Assembly: GCA_047285305.1 (NCBI GenBank)
Contig: JBJBDL010000003.1
Coordinates: 1,312,001 to 1,376,000 of the forward strand
DNA length: 64,000 bases
Reading direction: 5' to 3'
DNA from: Synechococcus sp.
Lineage (GTDB): Bacteria; Cyanobacteriota; Cyanobacteriia; PCC-6307; Cyanobiaceae
Positions 34,832 through 48,982 of the stretch are shown here, one piece after another. Each line of letters begins with the position of its first letter. The stretch's first letter is position 1. Made by a program: the position numbers and the translations under genes. The notes beneath the pieces are model-generated. The model did not search any database. It was given only the letters and a program-made list of their open reading frames with translations, and was not told the DNA's origin.

Positions 34832-35014
34832 TCAGAAATTCAGTTGACCTGAAAGCCAGAGTTCCTGCCAAGACCCCGCGGCTGAGGCATTCAGCGCCAT
34901 CAGGATGGTCACGCTGATGCCACCCAGGGTGAGCCCCACCCCCATCATGATCAGCGCGGTCAGTCCTTCCGCTTCGGTGAGCGGTTGCTTTTCGAGAAAG
35001 CGACGCTTGGCCAT
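34832..35014 (-). CDS. small membrane protein
   Basis: MAKRRFLEKQPLTEAEGLTALIMMGVGLTLGG... Confidence 0.6.
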   Translation of the reverse strand: MAKRRFLEKQPLTEAEGLTALIMMGVGLTLGGISVTILMALNASAAGSWQELWLSGQLNF

Positions 35015-35726
35015 GGCTGCTGATCCGATGCACCCGTTCTGCATTGGCCCAAGGGCACTTGGCAACAGGCCGTATCACTCATTCACGCAGAGCTGCGGGG
35101 GGATGACTCAGCGTTGCTTAGGTTGCTGGCCTGCGCTTGACGCCGCCCCGATGGGTTTCATCATGCAGCCATGACTGGTTTGATCTGTGGCATGACCGCT
35201 CTGTGGCTCCACGCCTGGTGGTGTTGCAGAACAACCAATTCGCCTGCAGTCAAACGCAGCTGGCCCTACCCGCGCTCGTGGAAAAACAGCGCCGATTTGT
35301 ATGAGAGGCCCTGTCGCCGTCACCGTCATCTCAGATCGCGCACCCAACTCAGCGCACGCAGCCGCCGCGGCATCGCCGGCAAAACTCTTGTCTTTGTAGC
35401 GCAAGTTACTGAAAACGCTTGAGTTTGCTCGTCTGGATTTTTCCGTTGAACGGCAGTCAATCGGTCGAGGCCAGGAGTGAGAAGCGCCGTCAGCAGCTGA
35501 TTGGGGTGCCTTTTGTGACTGCAGCGGTTGGCGTTCTGGCGTTGTTGACGATCCGTCTTGGCACCTGTTGCTCTTGGTTCGGTTGGCACTGACCTTTTCG
35601 GGTTACCAGCTGGTGGTCAGTGGTGTTAAGTGCCTCGGCAAGGCTGCGCCAGCCGCCAGATGTGGTGTCCTTAGCCCTTGATTGTGGGTTAAGGGCCGGT
35701 ATGTTTTGTTTGTTCCCCATCACCTG

Positions 35727-35755
35727 GCTTCAGTCCATGCGGCTGAGGCTTTTTT
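35727..35755 (+). terminator. orphan intrinsic terminator (possible sRNA 3' end)
   Basis: gcttcagtc-catgc-ggctgaggc followed by T6. Confidence 0.55.
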
Positions 35756-35880
35756 ATTACCTCCTTGCAGGAAGTTGTATCTGAACAAACCAACTTCTGA
35801 TTGTCTTAAGTGACATCGCTTGGTGGTAACGGCCACATCGAAACCACGTTTTTTAAGTTAAAAGATCATGTGTTTCCTTG

Positions 35881-36054
35881 ATGTCTCCCGCTGAATTGTC
35901 GAGCATCAAATGGGAGCAAGATGGTGAAATGTATGTGCAAGATACCTTGACTCTGGTGAAAGCGCTCACCAAGGTGGAAGAGCAAGACAATGTATCCGAC
36001 CTGTTGCATTTGTCGTCGAAACACATCCACTCAAAGCGGTCCAATCGCCGCTGA
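35881..36054 (+). CDS. 57-aa hypothetical microprotein
   Basis: Manual translation MSPAELSSIKWEQDGEMYVQDTLTLVKALTKVEE...SKRSNRR. Confidence 0.55.
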   Translation: MSPAELSSIKWEQDGEMYVQDTLTLVKALTKVEEQDNVSDLLHLSSKHIHSKRSNRR

Positions 36055-36345
36055 ATTCGACCCCTTCCTTTGGCACGCATTCTGGTCGTTGATGGGAACC
36101 TGGGTGCAGTCGTTCGTTCTGATTCCCGCTTTTTTCGGCAAAGGTTGGAAGGCGTTTTGCTCCGAGTTGAGTCCCCCCTTTGAGGGAGAGCTCCGTCTTG
36201 AACACTCCCTCATCTGAGGGATGGTCCGTTGGCGTTGGTGGGTTGGCGGCAAACGGGAGAGTGGTGCTGTTCTGGGCCGGAGTGGGTGGTTTGCCCCTGG
36301 GCTGATCCATTCCTCTGCAGAATCACTGCATTGATAGGAAGTGTG

Positions 36346-37527
36346 GTGGCTGGAGCTGGTGTGAATCCTGCGGATCAGCGCTGGGGTTTCTGGCCGCTGC
36401 TGCCGCTCTACCCCTATGGCCGTCGCCGCACGCTGTTCAGTGAGCTGATCCCTGGCCAGCTCTGGAGCCTGGAGCAGCTGCAGGGGGTGTATTACGTAGC
36501 CGTGCCGGTGCGGCTCACCGTGGCCAAGGTGCCCGGCGGCTTGATGCTGGTGAACCCTCTGCCGCCCACCGGTGAAGTCCGCCAAGCCATCGCCGGGCTG
36601 GAACAACAACACGGCCCCGTGCGCACGATTGTGCTGCCTACCGCCTCTGGTTTGGAGCACAAACTTCCCCTCGGTCCCCTGGCCCGCGCCTTCCCGGATG
36701 CGGACATCTGGGTGTGTCCGGGTCAGTGGAGCTTCCCGGTGCAGTTGCCCCTGGCCTGGCTGGGTGTGCCGGCACGTCGCACCAAGGTGTTGTTCGACGA
36801 TGGCCTTCCCCATGGCGATGTTTGCCAATGGTTCTCCCTTGGACCTCTCGACCTTGGCGTCGGCCGTTTCCAGGAAGTCTCTTGTTTGCATTGCCCTTCA
36901 GGCACTCTGTTGGTGACCGACGCCCTGGTGGGCATCAGTGCTGAACCCCCGGCCCTGTTTGAATTAGATCCAACGCCGCTGTTGTTCCATGCCCGCGAAC
37001 GCGGCGATGAGCCCCTCAGTGATTCAGCGGAAGCCCGCCGCCGTGGCTGGGCCCGGCTGGTGCTGTTTGCCTCCTACCTGAGGCCGGAACCGCTGGAGGT
37101 GCCAGAGCTGCCGGAGTTGCTCCGGGATGCGTTCAAGCCAGGGCTCCGTTCCCTGAAAGCCCACTTCGGCCTGTACCCCTTCCGCTGGAAGGCCGGTTGG
37201 CAGGCGGCTGCCGATGGCTTGATCGGCGAAGAAGCGCCCAAGTTGCAGGTGGCCCCTGTGCTTGAACGGTTGGTGTTGCCCAGAGCTAAAGAAGCTCTGT
37301 TGCGATGGCTGCAGGAGTTGAGCGGTCAGGCTGAGCTGCGCTGGCTTGTGCCGGCTCACTACAGCGCGCCGGTCACATTCACGTCCGAAACCGTGCAACA
37401 CCTGCTCGCGTCATTGGAACAGCGGGACTGGGCCCCAAGTTCTGAGAACTGGGAGTTTCTTGGATCCATTGATCAGCAATTGCTCGATCTCGGCGTGGTG
37501 CCTTATCAGCCCGTGATCAAAGCTTGA
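36346..37527 (+). CDS. DUF4336 family protein
   Basis: WPLLPLYPYGRR.T, LPTASGLEHK, TLLVTDA, LVPAHY. Confidence 0.85.
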   Translation: MAGAGVNPADQRWGFWPLLPLYPYGRRRTLFSELIPGQLWSLEQLQGVYYVAVPVRLTVAKVPGGLMLVNPLPPTGEVRQAIAGLEQQHGPVRTIVLPTASGLEHKLPLGPLARAFPDADIWVCPGQWSFPVQLPLAWLGVPARRTKVLFDDGLPHGDVCQWFSLGPLDLGVGRFQEVSCLHCPSGTLLVTDALVGISAEPPALFELDPTPLLFHARERGDEPLSDSAEARRRGWARLVLFASYLRPEPLEVPELPELLRDAFKPGLRSLKAHFGLYPFRWKAGWQAAADGLIGEEAPKLQVAPVLERLVLPRAKEALLRWLQELSGQAELRWLVPAHYSAPVTFTSETVQHLLASLEQRDWAPSSENWEFLGSIDQQLLDLGVVPYQPVIKA

Positions 37528-37870
37528 GTTCGTCTTCCGGCTCGATCGCCATCTGCTCGTCTGCGAACAACGTCTCTTCAAGCTCTTTGCGCTGTTCCAT
37601 CTGGCGCAGGAAGTAACCAGTCATCATTGCCGAGGCCAGCATGTTGGCGAGGTTGTCGCGGTTGGCCGTCACTTTTACCTCAAAGTGCTCACCAGGAAGC
37701 ATTCCCAGCAAGCCTTGAACGTTGTGGCGAATGATGTCTTGAATATCGTTGCTTGCTGATTTGGCGACTCTCTGCAGCGTGTCTGGCGACTGCTCCTGCA
37801 GGTACTGGATCAAGCTGTTCCCCGCGTGACCATCACTGCTGTCAGTTGTAAGGAACTCGGGGTTAATCAT
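37517..37870 (-). CDS. DUF760 family protein
   Basis: NSLIQYLQ...HNVQGLLG.LP...LASAMMTGYFLR. Confidence 0.85.
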   Translation of the reverse strand: MINPEFLTTDSSDGHAGNSLIQYLQEQSPDTLQRVAKSASNDIQDIIRHNVQGLLGMLPGEHFEVKVTANRDNLANMLASAMMTGYFLRQMEQRKELEETLFADEQMAIEPEDELKL

Positions 37871-37919
37871 TCGTTTGTGATCTACATCACGGACATGACC
37901 TTAACGCAAGCCATTGGCA

Positions 37920-38510
37920 TCAACCGCCATCGCTGCTGTCGGTGATCCGTAACGGACCGAACCTCTGCAGCGGCCAATACCGCCACACCGCCGTGCCCAG
38001 AACATTGGTTTCCGGCAGTGATCCCCAGAGGTGTGAATCGAGGCTGGCATTGCGGTTGTCTCCCATCACCCACAGCTGATCCGCCGGCACGGTGATCGGG
38101 GCCATCTCGTAGTTGATCGGTTCCGCCAACCAGGGTTCCGCAGCCGGTTCGCCGTTGCGGAACAGCCTGCCGTCGTGCACGTCCAGCTGATCGCCAGGCA
38201 GCCCCACCACCCGTTTGATCAGTGCAGCCGATGCGTCATAGCCAGCGGCTACGAGCTGTTCGGGAGGGGCGAACACCACCACATCGCCCAGGTGCAGATG
38301 GCTGTGGAGGCTGCGGGTCAGGCGGGGCCTCACCTTCTCCACCAGGATGTGGTCCTGCAGCTGCAGGGTTGGCAGCATCGAGCCGGAGGGAATCCAGCGC
38401 GGTTCCACCACCAACCAGCGCAGCAGCAGCGCCAGCAGGGCCCAGAGAATCAGATTGCGCCAGAAGCCCTTGCTGTCTTCTTCTGGAGCGGGTGTCGTGG
38501 GTTGGGTCAT
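37920..38510 (-). CDS. lepB: signal peptidase I
   Basis: IPSGSMLPTL, IKRVVGLPGD, MGDNRNASLDS. Confidence 0.95.
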   Translation of the reverse strand: MTQPTTPAPEEDSKGFWRNLILWALLALLLRWLVVEPRWIPSGSMLPTLQLQDHILVEKVRPRLTRSLHSHLHLGDVVVFAPPEQLVAAGYDASAALIKRVVGLPGDQLDVHDGRLFRNGEPAAEPWLAEPINYEMAPITVPADQLWVMGDNRNASLDSHLWGSLPETNVLGTAVWRYWPLQRFGPLRITDSSDGG

Positions 38511-38567
38511 CGTTGACCGAAGATCACACCAGCCTGGCCTGCTGCACTGACCATCGCTCGCGCCAAT

Positions 38568-40265
38568 TTGCAGGCCGCTCTCACGCTGCTTGAGGCTCTA
38601 TGTCTCCAGGGGCTGAAGCAGCTGGTGCTCTGCCCTGGCAGCCGTTCCGGCCCCCTGGCAACAGCGGCGGGCGTGCTGGCATCCCAGGCAAAGCTGCAGC
38701 TGGTCACGGCCATCGACGAGCGGTCCGCCGCCTTTCTGGCCCTCGGCATGGCGACCGCCCATGGACGTGCCGTGGCAGTAGTCACCACGTCCGGCACCGC
38801 GGTGGCCAACCTGCTGCCCGCTGCGGTGGAGGCGGACCGCTCCTGTCAGCCCTTGCTGCTGCTCACGGCGGATCGCCCCGCTCGGCTCAAAAATTGCGGC
38901 GCCAACCAGACGGTTAACCAGGAATCCTTTTTGCTCTCGGCCTGTCGCTGGTTCAGCGGTGGAGCGGCAGATGGCGTCCACACCCAGGCCAACGACGCCA
39001 TCAACGCTCTGGCGGTTCAGGCCTGGCAGCGGGCTCAAGGTGTAGGCACTGGGCCGCCGGGAGCGGTTCACATCAACCTGCCCTTCGAGGAGCCGCTGCA
39101 CACCACTCTGGAGCAGCAGCAACAGCTGGTTTCGGGTGCGCTCCAGCCCACGGCTTGCTCTGAGCCTTCGCCTGAGATCGGGCCTGTGCCTCGCCTCGAT
39201 CCAAAGCGCCCGGGGGTTGTGATTGCGGGCCCTTGGCGTGGTCTTTCGCCCGCAGCGGAGGCCTTTCAACAGGCGCTGCATCGTTGGCTGAACCTCACCG
39301 GTTGGCCTCTGCTGGCTGATCCCCTCGCTTCCCTTGCTCCCGAATGCCCCAACCGCATCGAGCACTGGGAGTTGCAACTGGATCGGCTGAACCTGCCTGA
39401 CGACGCTCAGGTGTTGCGGCTGGGACCAATGCCCGCCAGCCGGCGGCTGGAGGCCTGGCTTCCGCGCCATCAGGGCCCACAACTGTTGATCACCGAAGGG
39501 GACCCAAGGCCGCTGGATCCGCTGCAGATGGCCAGCCAATGGTCCGGGGGCATGGCCGCCTGGATCGCTCAACAGCCTGGTCTGGACCAGCTGAGCAAGC
39601 CATCGGTTGGCACCGACGACCTTTCGGCGTGGATCGAGGCCCAGCTGCCCTTGTGTGGCACCGTCAATGAGCCCGCCCTGGCCTACTGGCTCCCCCGGCT
39701 CCTGCCGGATCGGTTGCCGCTAATGCTGGCCGCCAGTTCACCGGTGCGCGACTGGTTGACCTGGGGCGGGCCCGCCTGCAGCCGCCACCGTTGCGTCAGC
39801 TTCCGCGGGGCCTCGGGCATCGACGGCACCTTGTCGCTTGCCATGGGTCTGGCGGCGAATCTCGGTCCGTTGGCTCTGGTGACCGGTGATCTGGCCCTGC
39901 TGCACGACAGCAACGGCTGGCTGCATGCATCGTCCGCTGCTGAAGCTCCACCACTGCTTGTTCTGCTGATCGACAACGGCGGCGGCGGCATTTTTCAGCA
40001 GCTGCCCATTGCCACGCCGGGCTTCGAATCGCTCTTCGCCATGCCCCAGCAGGTGGATCCCCTGGCCCTGGCGGCAGCTCACGGTGTGCCCGGGCGCCAG
40101 GTGGCATGTTTGGAGGATCTGCAGGAGGCCTTGGCCTGGGGCTTGTCGCTGCAACGACCGGTGTTGTTGCGCTTGTGCAGCGACCGCGGTCGTGATGCTG
40201 CCCTGCGTCAGCAGCTGCGCGCCGCTGCTCAGAATGCACACACTTACCCTGAACCCGATGAGTGA
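38568..40265 (+). CDS. menD: SEPHCHC synthase
   Basis: [39 protein letters not shown]. Confidence 0.95.
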   Translation: MQAALTLLEALCLQGLKQLVLCPGSRSGPLATAAGVLASQAKLQLVTAIDERSAAFLALGMATAHGRAVAVVTTSGTAVANLLPAAVEADRSCQPLLLLTADRPARLKNCGANQTVNQESFLLSACRWFSGGAADGVHTQANDAINALAVQAWQRAQGVGTGPPGAVHINLPFEEPLHTTLEQQQQLVSGALQPTACSEPSPEIGPVPRLDPKRPGVVIAGPWRGLSPAAEAFQQALHRWLNLTGWPLLADPLASLAPECPNRIEHWELQLDRLNLPDDAQVLRLGPMPASRRLEAWLPRHQGPQLLITEGDPRPLDPLQMASQWSGGMAAWIAQQPGLDQLSKPSVGTDDLSAWIEAQLPLCGTVNEPALAYWLPRLLPDRLPLMLAASSPVRDWLTWGGPACSRHRCVSFRGASGIDGTLSLAMGLAANLGPLALVTGDLALLHDSNGWLHASSAAEAPPLLVLLIDNGGGGIFQQLPIATPGFESLFAMPQQVDPLALAAAHGVPGRQVACLEDLQEALAWGLSLQRPVLLRLCSDRGRDAALRQQLRAAAQNAHTYPEPDE

Positions 40266-41127
40266 CATGCGTCAGGTGCTCCCCGGTGTGCCAACCGCGC
40301 AATGGACACCGTGGGGCAGCTATCAGGACATCGTTGTGGACCGTTGCGCTGACGGCCTGGCGCGTGTGGCCATCAACCGCCCCTCCAAGCGCAACGCCTT
40401 CCGCCCTCAGACGGTGATGGAGCTCTGTGATGCCTTCACGCGCATCCGGGATGACCGTGACATCGGTGTGGTGCTGTTCACCGGTGTTGGTCCAGCTCCC
40501 GATGGTGGCTATGCCTTCTGTTCCGGCGGCGACCAGAGTGTTCGTGGCGACGGCGGTTACGTCGGTGAGGACGGTTTGCCCCGCCTGAACGTGCTGGATC
40601 TGCAGCGCATCATCCGCAGTCTGCCCAAGGTGGTGATCGGCCTGGTGGCCGGCTATGCCATGGGCGGCGGCCAGGTGTTGCATCTGCTCTGCGACCTCAG
40701 CCTTGCCGCCGAGAACGCTGTGTTCGGCCAGACCGGCCCCAAGGTCGGCAGTTTTGATGGCGGCTTTGGTGCGGGCTACCTGGCGCGGGTGGTTGGCCAG
40801 CGCAAGGCTCGTGAAATCTGGTTTCTCTGCCGCCGTTATGGCGCCAAGGAGGCGTTGGAGATGGGGCTCGTCAACGCCGTGGTGCCGTTGGAGCAGTTGG
40901 AGGCGGAGGGGGTGCGCTGGGCCCGCGAGGTGCTGCAGCACAGCCCTACGGCCATCCGTTGCCTCAAGGCCGCATTCAATGCCGAAACCGATGGCCTTGC
41001 CGGGTTGCAAGAGTTGGCTGGCAATGCCACTCATCTCTTTTATCGAACCGAAGAAGCCGTGGAAGGCCGCAATGCCTTCCTCGAGAAGCGGTCACCGGAT
41101 TTTTCCGAGACAGGCTGGTTGCCCTGA
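40258..41127 (+). CDS. menB: 1,4-dihydroxy-2-naphthoyl-CoA synthase
   Basis: [32 protein letters not shown]. Confidence 0.97.
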   Translation: MSDMRQVLPGVPTAQWTPWGSYQDIVVDRCADGLARVAINRPSKRNAFRPQTVMELCDAFTRIRDDRDIGVVLFTGVGPAPDGGYAFCSGGDQSVRGDGGYVGEDGLPRLNVLDLQRIIRSLPKVVIGLVAGYAMGGGQVLHLLCDLSLAAENAVFGQTGPKVGSFDGGFGAGYLARVVGQRKAREIWFLCRRYGAKEALEMGLVNAVVPLEQLEAEGVRWAREVLQHSPTAIRCLKAAFNAETDGLAGLQELAGNATHLFYRTEEAVEGRNAFLEKRSPDFSETGWLP

Positions 41128-41132
41128 CGGGC

Positions 41133-41583
41133 ATGCCTCCTCTCCCTCCGCCGGAGCCGCTGGCCCTGCCGCAGACGGCGGCTGAGGATTCCGTGACGGT
41201 AGGCCTGGCTTCACTGCCTCAAGATCTGCGGTGCAGTGGCAGTCGTCATGTGGTGATGTTGCGCGGCCATCGCCGTGTGTTTCTGCTCGACAACGGCAGA
41301 CTGCGCAACGCCTTTCCGGTGCCCATCGGTATGCCCGACTGGGAAACCCCCACCGGAAGCTTTGAAGTGCTTCAGAAGATCCCCAATCCGGTGTGGGTGC
41401 ATCCGGTGAGTGGCTAGCGGGTGGAGGAACAGGGGGCCAACCATCCCTTGGGCAGTCACTGGATCGCTTCCCATCGCGATTGCCGCGGCCGTCCTCCATG
41501 GCTGTAAGCGGCTTTACAACGAGAATGTGCTTGCCCTGTATCGCCAGGTGTCGCTTGGAACTCAGGTGACGGTTCTTCCCTGA
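41133..41583 (+). pseudogene. L,D-transpeptidase (YkuD) pseudogene
   Basis: In-frame TAG at 41415-41417; the HGC..LYNE...GTQVTVLP segment resumes in another frame at ~41490 after an apparent deletion. Confidence 0.82.
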
Positions 41584-41635
41584 CGGAACAGATTTCTAAA
41601 TTCCCCTTAAAGTCGCCGCGCCAACGCCGATCTGA

Positions 41636-43952
<2,317 letters not shown>

Positions 43953-43956
<4 letters not shown>

Positions 43957-45332
43957 CCCTGACGCTGCGTCAGCTGCTTGATGCCTGGGGAACTCCCCAG
44001 GGTGGCAGCTTTGAACCCAATTCCCTTGTGGGACGGGTCTGCACCGACAGCCGACAGCTTCAGGCGGGTGATTTTTTTGTCCCCCTGGTGGGCGAGCGCT
44101 TCGATGGTCATTACTTTCTCGACCAACTGCCTGAACACAAGGTCCAGGCGGCTGTTGTGAGCCGCAGCTGGACTGAACCGTTGCCTTCGGGCCTGTTGCA
44201 TTGGCGGGTGGACGACACACTGCTGGCCTATCAACAGCTGGCCTTGCTCCATCGCCGTGCCCTGGCCAAGCCTCTGGTGGCAGTGACGGGGTCGGCGGGC
44301 AAAACCACAACCCGGGAGTTGATTCGAGCGGCATTGGCTCCGCTGGGAGCGATTCAGGCCAGCGAAGGCAACAACAACAACGACGTTGGCGTCCCCCTCA
44401 CCGTTCTGCGCGCCACCGCAGCTGATGCAGCCCTGGTGATTGAGATGGGCATGCGGGGGGCTGGGGAGATTGAGCGTCTCTCACGCTGCACCGAGCCGGA
44501 TCTTGCGGTGATCACCAACATCGGAACGGCCCACATTGGTCGTCTCGGTAGCCGTGAGGCGATTGCAGCGGCTAAATGTGAAATCACGGCTGGGTTGCAT
44601 CCGAAGGGAACTGTGGTGATTCCCGCCGGCGATCCCCTGCTGGAGTCGGTCTTGGCGGCGGTGTGGTCCGGCCGCGTTCTGCGCGTGCGCCTGGCTGACG
44701 ATCCCGAGGTGGAACCCGATCTGATGAGTTCTGATCGGATTGGAGCCGATTTGGTTGGAGACATCAACGGCGACCAGTTGCTGATCGATGCGGATCGTCT
44801 CCCGCTACAGCTAGAGGGGCGCCACAACGCCCGCAACCTGCTCTTGGCCGTAGCTGTTGCTGACCAGATGGGAGTGCCCCGTAAGGCGTTGCAAGGCATG
44901 CAGGTGACGGTGCCGGGCGGACGCAACCGCCGCCTGCAGCAGGGTGGTTTGACACTCCTCGATGAGACCTACAACGCCTCGCCTGAGGCGGTGTTGGCCG
45001 CTCTTGAGCTGCTGGCGGCGCAACCGGGGCGACGTTTCGCAGTGTTGGGCACCATGCTGGAGCTTGGGGAGCGCAGCCTGGAGCTGCATCAAGAGGTTGC
45101 CGCCCGCGCAGTGCAGCTGGGCCTGGACGGTCTGGTGCTGGTGGATGGCGGTGCGGAGGGCAAGGCGATGGCTGAAGTGGCGGCATCCCTGCCCCACCTG
45201 CAGCTGGTGTCGAATCCCGAAGACGCCGCAGCGCCCTTGGCCGCCTGGCTGAATTCTGGTGATGTTCTGCTGCTCAAGGCCAGCCGCGGTGTCGCCCTGG
45301 AACGGTTGATTCCGCTGTTGCCAAGTCTTTAG
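43953..45332 (+). CDS. murF: UDP-MurNAc-tripeptide--D-Ala-D-Ala ligase
   Basis: TDSR, VTGSAGKTTT, DETYNASP, LKASRG. Confidence 0.96.
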
Positions 45333-45342
45333 AAAGGCTGGA

Positions 45343-46698
45343 CTAAACCTTTTTTCGTTCCGCCCAGCCGTCCTTGGTCATCTGGCGGGCGCGACCAATT
45401 GCCAGTGCGCCATTCGCCACATCCTTGGTGATCGTTGACCCGGCACCGATGGTGGCGTGTTCACCGACGTAGATGGGGGCAACCAGCACGGAATTGGCAC
45501 CGGTTTTGCTGTTGCTGCCGATAACGGTGCGGTGCTTGTTCACCCCGTCGTAGTTGGCGGTGATTGTTCCGGCTCCCACATTGACCTTCTCCCCTAGTTG
45601 GGCGTCACCGATGTAGCTGAGGTGGTTCACCTTGGTGCCTGCCCCCAGCTGGCTTTTCTTCACCTCCACAAAGTTGCCGATGCGGCAGCCATCGCCGACA
45701 TTGGCGGCCGGCCGTAGGTGAGCAAAGGGACCGATGGCAACGTCGTTGCCGACGTTGGCCTCTCGCACCACGGAGTGCACCACACTGACGTTGGTCCCAA
45801 CCGACACGTCCTCGATCAGGCTGCCGGGGCCGATCCGGGAGTTGTCGCCAATCACGCAGCGGCCGCGGAAGTGGGTTTGCGGTTCGATCACTACATCGCG
45901 GCCGAAGCGGCAGCCTTCACTGAGGGTGCAGCTTTCGGGATCAACGAAGGTGACCCCTTCATCCATCCAGTGGTGGCGCAACCGTTGCTGCAGCAAGGCT
46001 TCACACTGGGCCAGTTGCCGCCGGTTGTTGATGCCGTTCACCTCATCGGCATCGGCCACCTCAAGGTGCATGGCCTTAGGCAGCATCGCCACCGTGTCGG
46101 TGAGATAGAGCTCCCCCTGATCGTTGTCGGTGCTGAGCTTCGGCAGAACGTTGGCCAGGGCCGTCCAGTTGAAGCAGTAGATCCCGGCGTTGGTGAGGTT
46201 GTTGCTGCGTTGCTCGTCCGTGCAATCGCGATGCTCAATGATGCTGCTCACCTGGCCCTCGGCATCGGCGAACACACGCCCGTAACCGGTGGGATCCTCG
46301 AGCCGCGCCGTCAGCAGGGTGACATCGGCACCGCTGGCACGGTGCTGTTGCACCAATGCTTCTACTGTTTTACTTCGCAGCAGCGGCACATCGCCATTGA
46401 GCACGAGCAGTTCCCCTTCAAAGCCCTGCAGCGATGGGATCAGCTGTTGCACCGCATGCCCCGTGCCGTTCTGGGGCTGCTGCAGAACAAATTCCAGGTC
46501 TCCTAGCGGAGCCAGTTGCTGCTCCACCCGTTCGGCTTGATGCCCAACGATCAGCAGGCGCCGTTCCGGTTGCAGGTTGCCCGCACTGGCGAGCACCCGT
46601 TCCACAAGGGTGGCCCCCGCCAGCGGTTGCAGCACTTTCGGGAGTGCGCTCTTCATGCGGGTGCCTTTTCCAGCGGCCAGTACGGCTACGGCAAGCAT
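45343..46698 (-). CDS. glmU: bifunctional GlmU
   Basis: [33 protein letters not shown]. Confidence 0.97.
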   Translation of the reverse strand: MLAVAVLAAGKGTRMKSALPKVLQPLAGATLVERVLASAGNLQPERRLLIVGHQAERVEQQLAPLGDLEFVLQQPQNGTGHAVQQLIPSLQGFEGELLVLNGDVPLLRSKTVEALVQQHRASGADVTLLTARLEDPTGYGRVFADAEGQVSSIIEHRDCTDEQRSNNLTNAGIYCFNWTALANVLPKLSTDNDQGELYLTDTVAMLPKAMHLEVADADEVNGINNRRQLAQCEALLQQRLRHHWMDEGVTFVDPESCTLSEGCRFGRDVVIEPQTHFRGRCVIGDNSRIGPGSLIEDVSVGTNVSVVHSVVREANVGNDVAIGPFAHLRPAANVGDGCRIGNFVEVKKSQLGAGTKVNHLSYIGDAQLGEKVNVGAGTITANYDGVNKHRTVIGSNSKTGANSVLVAPIYVGEHATIGAGSTITKDVANGALAIGRARQMTKDGWAERKKV

Positions 46699-46734
46699 GC
46701 GGAGCAAGGGGAAGACGGGCGGAATCTACCGGGC

Positions 46735-47652
46735 TCAGTACTGAGTGTCCCTGCGCCAGCGCCTTTGCCAGGCATTGGTGGGTTCATGACCGCAGTGCTC
46801 CTGTTCAAGGCGGCGGCGCTCAAGGATGTCTGCAGCTGTGGCGTTGCCCTGGGGATCACGAAATGGCACGGCCGCCCGGGTCTGTAGGTGTTCCCACTCC
46901 ATCGCCGAGAGGGGGCGCCAACCGGGGCCTTCCAGAGGACAGGCGGCGTCTGCAGGCGTGGCCATGGTGCCGCTGCTCCACCCGACCCGTTCGCCCGGGG
47001 CAGGTAGCAGGGAATACAGGCTCAAGCCCCCTCGCTTTAGGCTGGCACGTACCGCCGCTGAACGGCTGTAGGTCAGCAACCGTCCCTGCGAAGCCAAGCG
47101 CTGCGCTAGCGCTCCAAGGAATTCTTCGCTCCATAGTTCCGGGCAGCGCTGGGGGGAGAAGGCGTCCAACAGCACCAGATCAAAGCGAACGGGTTCAGGA
47201 ATCTCCTGGAGCATCGATCGGGCATCGCCCCAGAGCTGGATCCCTTGGCTGTTGGGCTCTTTCCAGCCGCCGTAGTCGCGAATGGCTTCAAGCCTCGCCA
47301 GCACAGGGGTTGACCAGAAGGATTGGAAGCTTGCCTGCCTCAAGGCTTGTTCCAAGGGGCGGCGGTCCAGCTCAAGCCCCCACCACTGCAGCTTCGGCCC
47401 TGCCGTAGGCAAGGCCTCCAGCACAGCTGCCGTGTTGTAGCCGAGCCCCAGGCACACATCCAGGATCCTAAATTCTGTGCCGCCGCTGAAGCGCTGCAGC
47501 TCCGCGGGTTGGACAAACTTGGCTCGGGCCTCATTCAGGGCTCCCGCCGAGTTGTGAAAAGCCTCGCCGAAGTGATCGCTGTGCAGGCTGAAGCTGCCAT
47601 CCGCCGTCGGATAGACGCGGAGCGCACCAAGCTCAGCAGCGGAGCCGTTCAA
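46735..47652 (-). CDS. MnmC/MnmD-like SAM-dependent methyltransferase (start uncertain)
   Basis: [31 protein letters not shown]. Confidence 0.85.
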   Translation of the reverse strand: MNGSAAELGALRVYPTADGSFSLHSDHFGEAFHNSAGALNEARAKFVQPAELQRFSGGTEFRILDVCLGLGYNTAAVLEALPTAGPKLQWWGLELDRRPLEQALRQASFQSFWSTPVLARLEAIRDYGGWKEPNSQGIQLWGDARSMLQEIPEPVRFDLVLLDAFSPQRCPELWSEEFLGALAQRLASQGRLLTYSRSAAVRASLKRGGLSLYSLLPAPGERVGWSSGTMATPADAACPLEGPGWRPLSAMEWEHLQTRAAVPFRDPQGNATAADILERRRLEQEHCGHEPTNAWQRRWRRDTQY

Positions 47653-48958
47653 GTTCGTCCCAGAACGAGGGATAAGACACGGCTGCAGCTTCGCTTCTCG
47701 CCAGGCTCGAGTTGCCGTCGGCGAGCATGGCTGCCACGCCGAGGCTCATCGCCACCCGGTGATCGGTTTCGCTGTCCAGCAGGGCTCCCTTGAGCGGTCG
47801 ACCGCCGCGGATGGTCATGCCGTCCTCATGTTCATCAATGTCGGCTCCCATAGCCTTGAGCTGACGCGCCATCACCGCCAGCCGATCGGTTTCCTTTACC
47901 CGCAGTTCAGACGCTCCACTAATCCGGCTTTCGCCCTCGCAGAAACAGGCGGCGACGCTGAGGATCGGCACTTCATCCACGAGGCGGGGCATGATCTGCT
48001 CGCCAAAGTTGAAAGGTTTCAACGGGCCGTGGGTCACCCGCAGATCGCCTACCGGTTCACCCGCCACGTCGCGGGGGTTGAGCACCTCGATCCTGGCACC
48101 CATCTGCTCCAGCACCTCCAGGATCCCTGTACGTGTTGGGTTCAGCCCCACGTTTTCGATGGTGAGATCGGCACCTGGAATCAGGGCTCCAGCCACAAGC
48201 CAGAAAGCCGCCGAGCTGATATCGCCAGGGACCACCACATTCTGGCTCTGCAGGGTGGCGCCGGGACGCACGCTGATGTGCCGCCCCATTTCGCCGCCAA
48301 CGGTCAGATCGGCACCGAAGGCCTTCAGCATCCGCTCGCTGTGATCACGGGACTGGGCCGGTTCGATCACCGTGGTGGGGCTCTCGGCCGTGAGCGCAGC
48401 CAGAAGAAGGGCTGATTTCACCTGAGCACTCGCCACGGGCGTGCCGATCACCGTTCCTTTCAACTGGCGCCCCTGCACCGCCAGCGGCGCCAGGTTGCCC
48501 CCATCACGGCCACGCACATCCGCACCCATCGAGGCCAACGGTTGGCCTACCCGACGCATCGGGCGGCGGCGCAGGGAGGCATCGCCATCCAGCACGAAGT
48601 GGCGGCCGTCGCGGCCCGCCAGCAGGCCCAGCATTAATCGCATCGTGGTGCCGGAGTTGCCGCAGTCGAGCACTTCTGCTGGCTCCTGCAATCCGTCCAG
48701 GCCAACCCCTTCAACGGTGACGATGCCGCCATCGGTGATCGGGCTGATGCTGACGCCCATGGCCCGCAGGCAGGCGGCTGTGCTCAGGGGGTCTTCGGCT
48801 GGGAGCAAACCATCAATGGTTGTGGTGCCCTCTGCGATGGAGCCAAACAGCAGCGATCGGTGCGAGATCGATTTATCGCCAGGAACCTTCACTCGTCCCT
48901 GGAGGCTTCCTCCGGCCTTGAGCTCACGGGGGTCGTCGAATTGGCCTGTGCCGCTCAA
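47633..48958 (-). CDS. aroA: EPSP synthase
   Basis: [37 protein letters not shown]. Confidence 0.97.
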   Translation of the reverse strand: MSGTGQFDDPRELKAGGSLQGRVKVPGDKSISHRSLLFGSIAEGTTTIDGLLPAEDPLSTAACLRAMGVSISPITDGGIVTVEGVGLDGLQEPAEVLDCGNSGTTMRLMLGLLAGRDGRHFVLDGDASLRRRPMRRVGQPLASMGADVRGRDGGNLAPLAVQGRQLKGTVIGTPVASAQVKSALLLAALTAESPTTVIEPAQSRDHSERMLKAFGADLTVGGEMGRHISVRPGATLQSQNVVVPGDISSAAFWLVAGALIPGADLTIENVGLNPTRTGILEVLEQMGARIEVLNPRDVAGEPVGDLRVTHGPLKPFNFGEQIMPRLVDEVPILSVAACFCEGESRISGASELRVKETDRLAVMARQLKAMGADIDEHEDGMTIRGGRPLKGALLDSETDHRVAMSLGVAAMLADGNSSLARSEAAAVSYPSFWDELERLRC

Positions 48959-48982
48959 GGTTGTTTCGTCGTTGGGCTGATC

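Noticed and set aside
35100..35670. Short overlapping ORFs in a gene-poor stretch
   Set aside because: No frame is convincing; possibly decayed sequence, but I cannot identify a parent gene
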